A DNA stretch of 63,698 nt, the filler included, from Klebsormidium nitens (taxonomy: Eukaryota > Plantae > Klebsormidiophyceae): assembly GCA_000708835.1 (NCBI GenBank). It is 4 parts of 4 records of this genome, joined end to end, with 100 filler letters (N's around TTAATTAATTAA, not from the genome) between each part and the next. Parts side by side here need not be neighbours in the genome. Positions count along the whole stretch, not along the records: positions 36,730 to 63,698 come from DF237818.1; 3 more parts are not named here. One strand, written 5' to 3'. Below are positions 57,001-63,698 of the stretch, in pieces; within the stretch, counting starts at the first letter, position 1; the number at the start of each line of letters is the position of its first letter. The notes beneath the pieces were generated by a model, which did no database searches, was not told the DNA's origin, and worked only from the letters and a program-made list of their open reading frames with translations. Both the position numbers and the translations under genes were made by a program.

Positions 57001-59497
57001 GTTCCTTGACCACAGCGAGTATCATCAGACCGTCTCATCAATTCTTCGCACCACTTCCGTTTGCTGAAGCCATCCAAAGATGCGCCTGGCGCATCCCCAC
57101 GCTGCAATGCCTGACCCTCGCCCTGGGTATGCGTGCAGGATTCTGTGCCTGTGTGCCGACTGCGCAGGTGCCGAGGAGATGACCCCGCCTGCTTGGGAGC
57201 GCCATGTGGGTTGTCGCACGCACAATTGGACCAAGTCGATTAAGCTGTGCAACACCGTGGGGAGGCTCCACGGCTGGGTGAGCAATGCGCCGGCCCTTGC
57301 TGATGCCGTTCTACACACTAATCTCGTCTTACAATACACAAACGGATTGTTGAGATCCTCCATCAACCTTTGATTAATATCGGTCTCATTGCATTTGCAT
57401 CATTCGGGATTTCCATTGAATACGTAAGAAGAGTCCGCCCTCGACTCCGCCTGCGAACATCATTTGTTTGCCCTATTCCTGTCTCATGAGGTGCTATGGA
57501 GATTCCTGGTCTTGCAAGTCATGCGTCTCCCAAAGCAAGGGTCCTTCGGTCGCTGGCCGTTCCTTTCTTCATCACTGTTCCTGGACTCTCGTGCAGATCC
57601 AGGCGCGGCGCCAGTCAGACCCCCCCCTCGCCTTCCATCAGATGTCGCCCGAGGAGAAGTCTCCGTCGGCGGGCGCCCCTGCGCCGCGCGTGCTGCCCCA
57701 GTCCAAGGTGTCCCAGCTGCCCCCGCAGTCCGCCGCTCGGTTGCGGCAGCAGTCGAGCCACCCCGATACGGGCCAGCTGTCGCCCAAGAGAAACACCAGG
57801 GGGAAGGCCAAAAGCGGGACGAGCGCCGGCAAACGGAAGTTGGAAAACGACGGGGCAGAGAGCAGCGACGGTGAGGGACATACCCCGATGCGTGGTCAAG
57901 TTTGTGGTCAAACCGTGAGGCCCTGCTTGCAGCAGATATCGCCCGGGCTAAAGCACCGAAGTTCCGCAAGATGGCGAGGATCTTGGAGTATTGCATGTCA
58001 TTCGAACCGTCCAATGCACCAAAGAGGAACTGCCGTCTGATGTTCCTGCGAAGGGTCACACTTTCTGGTTTCGCGTGTCCTCTGGCTCAAACCATTTTTG
58101 GGCCGATTGACGAACCCCGTACGACAAACCCTCTTCTGCTGCATATTTGCGATTCGCGTATGTGTCTCGTCAGCCTCCCTTCGGGCTGACCATCTCTCCC
58201 TGCTCTTACAGCCGAGACCAGCTCTCCGGGGCGGCCCGCCAAGCGGACAGCACCGACGAGTCCTGCACACCAGGCAGGCGCGCGATTGTCATCGGAGCCC
58301 ACCCGGGAAACGCCGCAGGCCAGGGAGGAGACGCCAGATGAGGAAGGGGAGGGCGAGGACGCGCAGCTGACATGTGTCGTCTGTGATGTAAGGCTCTCAC
58401 GCAGTCAGGTTCGGTTGTGCGGAAACTGGTGGGATCAATTGGGGGCATGTACGGAAAGGGACATGGAAATCTGCACAAAGGTCCGTGGTAGCAAGGTGAT
58501 GTGCTCCTTGAGGTATGTCGATCATAAGGGGACAGGGTTTTGTAATAAACACAAATCCTGCATCTTCTGCATTGGTCTGGAGTATGTGGTGAAGCTTGCT
58601 CGCCAGCAAGTGGATGGTTGGCCCGCCCCTGATCCATAGCCCCTAAAACCCGCAATTAGTGGAATCGATCAATCAGAAGGCTCGATCTCCAGTCTCGAGC
58701 GTCAGTACATTCACTCCTACGCAAGCAAACCTGTGCTTCAACCGACTTTCTGCTCGCTCGACCAACTCGAGCGGCTCTTTACCATATCGACAGGCACCGT
58801 ACAAGAAGATTTGGTGGTAGTTGTGAAGCGAACGACTAGTATAACCAGCTAAGAAACGGCCTTGGAACTTTAAAGCCTCGATTTCCCTCGTATATTCTGC
58901 CCCCTGCACCAAAGGATACTCGTCCAACCTCCAGGAAGCTCGCAAGTGAGACCATTGCTTTTGATCTCTAGTGAAATATCGTCATGTCTCTGTCCTTACA
59001 AGCCCCTTCCTTTGCTGCAGATGTCGACGGACAGCCATGACATCCTGCAGTGCGACGGCGAGGACTGCGGCCGCGCATTTCACATAGTCTGCCTCACCCC
59101 GCAGCTCCTGCAAATCCCGGACTGCGACTGGTTCTGCCCCGCCTGCCTCCCGAAACAGCTCGCAAGCACAGCCCCCTGCAGTACGGCAGCTGGCCGGGCC
59201 ATTGCTGGCAAAACCGCACGGGGGCTAGGCAGCCCCGCTGCTGCAAGCGAGGACCTCGAGAGCGGCCTCGGCTTCTTCCAGACGCTCTTCGACGAGGGGC
59301 CCGCCAACCACCCGCTTTTCGCTGATACGGAGCCCCAATGCAAAAGCCCAAAGGACCGACCAGAGAAGCTAGAGGAATTGCTGGCCCCGCAGCCGCCCAC
59401 GTCGACGTTTGTGCTGCCGGACGACATGGATGACGACGATGCGCTGATGGCGTTTACGGTGCCCGGCAGTGCATATGCTGCGAAGCTAGGATATTAA
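54100..59497 (+). CDS. multi-exon chromatin reader: Tudor-like + TDBD/ULT-like Zn domain + PHD finger
   Basis: Tudor IGKWIYLDWTKELKAW-CAAKVLSF..HEVQFTDGEREWADL. VECNKKKGEY..ILCLCADC..WERHVG..NWTKSI resembles the domain in ATX3-5/ULT proteins. The PHD is split by an intron: CVVCD|MSTDSHDILQCDGEDCGRAFHIVCL..WFCPAC. Confidence 0.75.
56590..56690 (+). repeat. 24-bp coding tandem repeat (AKKAAATP/AKKAEATP), histone-H1-like
   Basis: Three visible copies. Confidence 0.7.
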
Positions 59498-62164
59498 GCC
59501 GTTGTTTAGGTTGGCGACAAGCCCTAATCTGGTGCGGAGAGGCTATCGCGTCATCGGCGAGGAGTCCCTACTCTATCCAGCTCGACCACGACCACGTTCG
59601 GGTATCAGTTCCGAGGTCATCACAGCAGTAACCCAGAGCGATTCAGACGGTTTCATTGCGAATTGAAACTTGCAGCTTCGAAGCTGCCACCAGCGCGGCT
59701 TGACGGCCCTCAGTGGAATTTTGTCGTTGATACAATATCTTGGACCGCGTGCGATTCAGTCCCGGACGTACTGGAACCGTCACTGTCCAAAGATATCATT
59801 GTATAAAGCAGCATGAGATTTAACGACTTTTTGCGCGAGGATTGCAAGATTCACACATTTAGAGCTCTATACATATCTCTATTCGAAAAACTGTTTTTCT
59901 TCGTGACATCCGAGTTGCGAGAGCTAGCACCTGTGCCACATGTTGGGGCTCTCGACTGCTAGCTCCTTGGCACGCTGTTGAGCCCGCTAGCTAGCTTTGA
60001 ATTATTCGCTCTCATACTTTGCCACCGTAAGTTAATCATAAGTTAATGATCACTAGCTAGTAAGAATATGACAATAATGATACACAAAGCAATTTGCGTT
60101 GGCCAAGCCAACTCAACGTCACTGAGAAGTGAGTAAAAACAACACCTCAGCATCTCAGTAGCTCGAAGATCATTCAAGTGACACGACCGGAAGCCGCGGG
60201 CCTACAAGATCTGACAACGCCAATGCCCTTGGCACCTAAAGTGTAGTGCCCTGTACAGCTCGTGCGGCTCCTGATGGACTCATAATTAGCTCTGGCCCAG
60301 TGACTTCGCTGCCAGCAAGCTGATGGAGATGCGCTGCCTACAATATCGGTTGCAGCGGTCGTGACGCCTCATCTCCGATCTGGCTCTTCAAGTCGCACTG
60401 TGGGCACATACACCGCCGCTAGGGCCGCGGCTATCGAAGTGACCACCAAGGGAAACCAAAGGTTCCGATCGCTGCCGGAACATCATAGCGTTGTAGAAGA
60501 GGCTTGCAACCCCGCCCCTAACTCCGCCCGGTTGCTTGATGGAGAAGTGGTCGGGGCATTTTGGCAAGATTCGTTTGCAGGATAAGGTCCACTCAGAGAC
60601 CGCCACCTGTCTGAGGTCGAAACTTTGGTGTTAGGGGCGGCTCGGCCCTCAACTATGTAGGCCGAGAGCTAATGTAGCTACCGGCTAGACCACCGGGCAT
60701 TTTTGCGTGACTGTATGACAACTGATTTAAATGCCCGGTCCAAGGTGCACCGCGCTGTTTCGACCGGCCCGGCTGTGTTGCCCAAGTTCGGAACACTCGA
60801 CTGGAGTAGGTGATACCTAGGTGACATCAACGCCGAGTTTGAAATGATGTATCCTCTTCAGGCAGGCGCGCCAATATTAGCCGAGTCGCGTGCAACCGAA
60901 ACTGAATCGACAGTGACCGTAGAGGCCTGTACGCAAAATTCGGTCGACCGTACGAGCATGTGTGCTCTCTGTGTGTCCCCGCCCACTCAAAGGGCCCACC
61001 GACCAATACAGGTTTGCCACGTGGTGGCAGAAGACAAGTGCGCGACTCCGCGGTCGCGCGTCCGGGGCCCGGGCACCGGAGTTTAGATTAGAATCCGGGG
61101 TTTAGGGAGTAAGGCCACGGGGGTGAAACTCCCTGCGTGGATTGGCAGATAGCCGTAAGATTTGAAATAAACGGTCTTATGCGGGAAACCGAGACCGTAG
61201 GATCAGACCTTGTAGATTCTGTCTTTTGATTCAAATTAGTAATGAGAGGCGGAGATCAGCGGAGTTGAGTAACGTACCCAGTAGCAGAGTGACTAGACTC
61301 AGATATAGTATAAGGGAGTCAAGCCGGAGTGTTCTACACTGAGTGACTCAGTACGCAACCAGGAAGCTGCCCCCGGAATAGTGGCTGCTTCAGTCTGTGT
61401 GCAGATTTCGGGGTTTCTTGAAGCTCCCCTAGACTGGAACGCAACCATACCAGACTCCGTTATAGAGTAGTTACGTAACTTCTAAGACTCCGCCAGAACT
61501 CCAAGATTGAAAGACAAAGTGATAGAACTTGACGATTAAGACACTCATTCCATCTTCTCTCACTAGACAGCTTCCTTGTTAGGCGCCGTTCGTAGTGAGC
61601 AGGGAGGGTCGGCTGCCAGTGTTTCAGCACGGTACCGCAGCGTAACAGTGACAGCATCCTGTAAGCTACCAAACTCTTAAAAACACCGGCGGTAAAGTCG
61701 GAGGTATTGTTCGTCCGCCAGCCATTGTCCGACCGCAGCTTCTCCCAGTCATTCCGCGCTATTCAGCAGGTGGCATCCGCATGGCAGGTATGTGCACCCA
61801 TGGGTACTGAGGGGGACCTCCCGAAATGGTGGCCTGATATGAGACGGGGCTTTATATGTTTGCATCATTGTGTATGAGATCATCGTGAAAACAACACATA
61901 TTGACCCTGACTCCTTAAGCTGGAGCAGGACTCACGCGGTATGGGACGTTGTTGAGCATATGTGTATGTTACTGTTCTAGGCCAGCCTGGTCAAGGGCCC
62001 GCCACTACCGACTTCCGCTGCGTAGATGAGATAGCCCCCCGCGGTACCCCGGCAGACACCCCCGGTGCACTGTGCTGAGACCCCGGAGCTACTGCATCGC
62101 TACTCGACCTCGCTCTAGTTGCATCCCCGCGGTCAAGTGGGCTTGCTCCGGAGGTGGTCCTCTC

Positions 62165-62175
62165 TGGTATCAGAG
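62165..62175 (+). other. primer-binding site complementary to initiator tRNA-Met
   Basis: TGGTATCAGAG just upstream of a gag-like ORF. Confidence 0.7.
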
Positions 62176-62504
62176 GGAAACTTCGATTCTTCCAGGCCAA
62201 AAACATAGGTGTTACAAATCTCTGGTTGGCTGAGGAAAGGTTCTATTCTTCAAGGAACAAACATGAACCACAGGCAGACCCAGCCTCCAAGGGGAACAGG
62301 TGGATCCAGCCTTTAAGGGACAGATTACAGGTGCTTGATTCTCTTCTCAGAGAATTCAGGAGACTCCAGATCTGGATACTCAAAACTCAGTGAGTGCAAT
62401 GGCTCAGCTCAATGGAGCCCCGGATGATGCTGATGAGATGAATCTGATTGGAATACGGACACGCTAGGGAACTCTGCTGCAGGGAGCTACAGAAACACCC
62501 GAAC

Positions 62505-63698
62505 ATGTTACCCACGATGGCGAAGCTGCAAATATTGAACAACAGGAAAGTCACTGGGATTCCCCCCATGCGAGGAACCCCCGCTGACAACATGAGCAGA
62601 GACAAGTGGCACGCCTCTGCTATGGACCCCCTTTCTGACCCCCACCAGGACCGGACTGCGGATGAAGTGCCAAGGGAGACTCCGCCCTTTAAGGAGACAG
62701 ATAACAAGGAAAACCCGAACAGTGGAGCTTCAACCCCGGAGCTAGACGCGGAGGCAACCTCTTCTGCAGGGATGGTATTGCAGAACGGAGGACTCCCTCA
62801 GGCTACCCCCCCCCGGTGGGATGAGTTTCAATTATATTTGGCTTTCCTGAACATGACAAAAACGGAGACTCAAAACCCCGGAGGTCGATTGCCTGGTCCG
62901 AATCTGGTCTTTACAGCAGATGTCCATCAAAGAACAGTAAGGCAGACACAGACAGCCAGCCCACCACGAACATCCGAGGTACAGGCCCCGCCACCCCAGA
63001 GACATGTCGCCCCTGTCACGAAGACAGAGGAACTGGAACCCCGGATGCTGGACCTCGAGCAACCCTGGCAGAACGATCATCACGACCCAGACGACCATGA
63101 AAACACAGAGTTGCCCCCGCTTGGACCGCCGCAGACGGTAACGACGTACTCACCTCTGAGAAAATGCGGAGAAACCCCGGAAGATTTGCCTGAGCAAAAG
63201 CACGGAAAGACCCCGGATCTGACCCCGCACGCTCCCAAAATCAGCATCCCGCAGGACCCTGCGCCAACTCCCAGCGTCAAGTTTGAGTCGGAGTTCGAGG
63301 CCAAACCCCGGCTTTGGCGGGAGGATGAGTCCGCAAACCACAGACAGATCGAGCGAACACCGTCGAGAATCTTACAGCCCATCAAGGTGGCGACCTACAA
63401 GGGGACGAAGACAGAAGAAGGCTTCCAAGCTCAGCGCTTCATCAAGAAAATGGAGACCTACCTCCGCAACACTCCAGGTCTAACCAGCGGACAGATGGGA
63501 CTGACGTTCTTCCACAACCTCGCCGACGGAGCTCAAGACTGGTTACAGTCCACGGACGACGCCCACATGCATCTCACCGAGGAATCCCTTCTGGAAAACT
63601 GGGAGGTCTTGAAGCAAAAGTTTCCGCACAGGTACGGTCCGACGGACCCCGCTGAGAGCGCGGTGAGACTTGGACAGGTGCAACAATCTGCGGACGAG
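62505..63698 (+). CDS. retrotransposon gag (partial, open to the window end)
   Basis: Stop-free frame from 62448: ..PIKVATYKG..AQRFIKKMETYL..FFHNLADGAQDWLQS..WEVLKQKFPHRYGP. Confidence 0.7.
   Translation, partial: MLPTMAKLQILNNRKVTGIPPMRGTPADNMSRDKWHASAMDPLSDPHQDRTADEVPRETPPFKETDNKENPNSGASTPELDAEATSSAGMVLQNGGLPQATPPRWDEFQLYLAFLNMTKTETQNPGGRLPGPNLVFTADVHQRTVRQTQTASPPRTSEVQAPPPQRHVAPVTKTEELEPRMLDLEQPWQNDHHDPDDHENTELPPLGPPQTVTTYSPLRKCGETPEDLPEQKHGKTPDLTPHAPKISIPQDPAPTPSVKFESEFEAKPRLWREDESANHRQIERTPSRILQPIKVATYKGTKTEEGFQAQRFIKKMETYLRNTPGLTSGQMGLTFFHNLADGAQDWLQSTDDAHMHLTEESLLENWEVLKQKFPHRYGPTDPAESAVRLGQVQQSADE

Larger units (their letters stand above)
62165..63698 (+). mobile_element. Ty3/gypsy-like LTR retrotransposon, 5' internal region (runs off the window); the 5' LTR should lie upstream of 62165 but its start was not located
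   Basis: PBS plus a gag-like frame. Confidence 0.7.

Noticed and set aside
1-63698. Search for rRNA, tRNA, CRISPR arrays, and capsid or packaging-ATPase genes
   Set aside because: None recognisable by eye. The absence of capsid genes means the left block cannot be called a provirus on this evidence.

Overview
Eukaryotic, intron-rich nuclear DNA from a green plant lineage. The AP2 domains, a plastid-type transit peptide and GC-rich spliced genes fit a streptophyte alga such as Klebsormidium; this is inference. Three 100-nt scaffold gaps carry an artificial TTAATTAATTAA spacer. The left half (1-36 kb) is a mobile-element-rich block. It holds a spliced, minus-strand virus-type replication gene (PrimPol/UL52-type AEP primase + Zn knuckle + UL9-like SF2 helicase) with a private intronic repeat, two orphan multi-exon genes and a 148-bp direct repeat pair. 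It also holds a spliced CryptonF/NDC10-type tyrosine recombinase with intact catalytic residues and a GCR1_C domain, and a decayed Helentron (Helitron2) with two N-terminal AP2 domains. The primase-helicase and the recombinase point away from each other. Both begin with a 2A/StopGo-like motif (GGIESNPGP, GNVESNPGP) whose exon starts exactly 44 nt before the end of the PGP after a phase-1 intron. This suggests they may be parts of one large, possibly self-replicating YR element, which is the best candidate for an undescribed system here; the link spans a gap and is unproven. The right half holds host genes: a plastid-type LysM-TM-coiled-coil protein, NOP15/NIFK head-to-head with TSR3, a WD40 protein and a Tudor/TDBD-like/PHD chromatin reader. 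The window ends in the PBS and gag of a Ty3/gypsy-like LTR retrotransposon. All exon models were read by eye.
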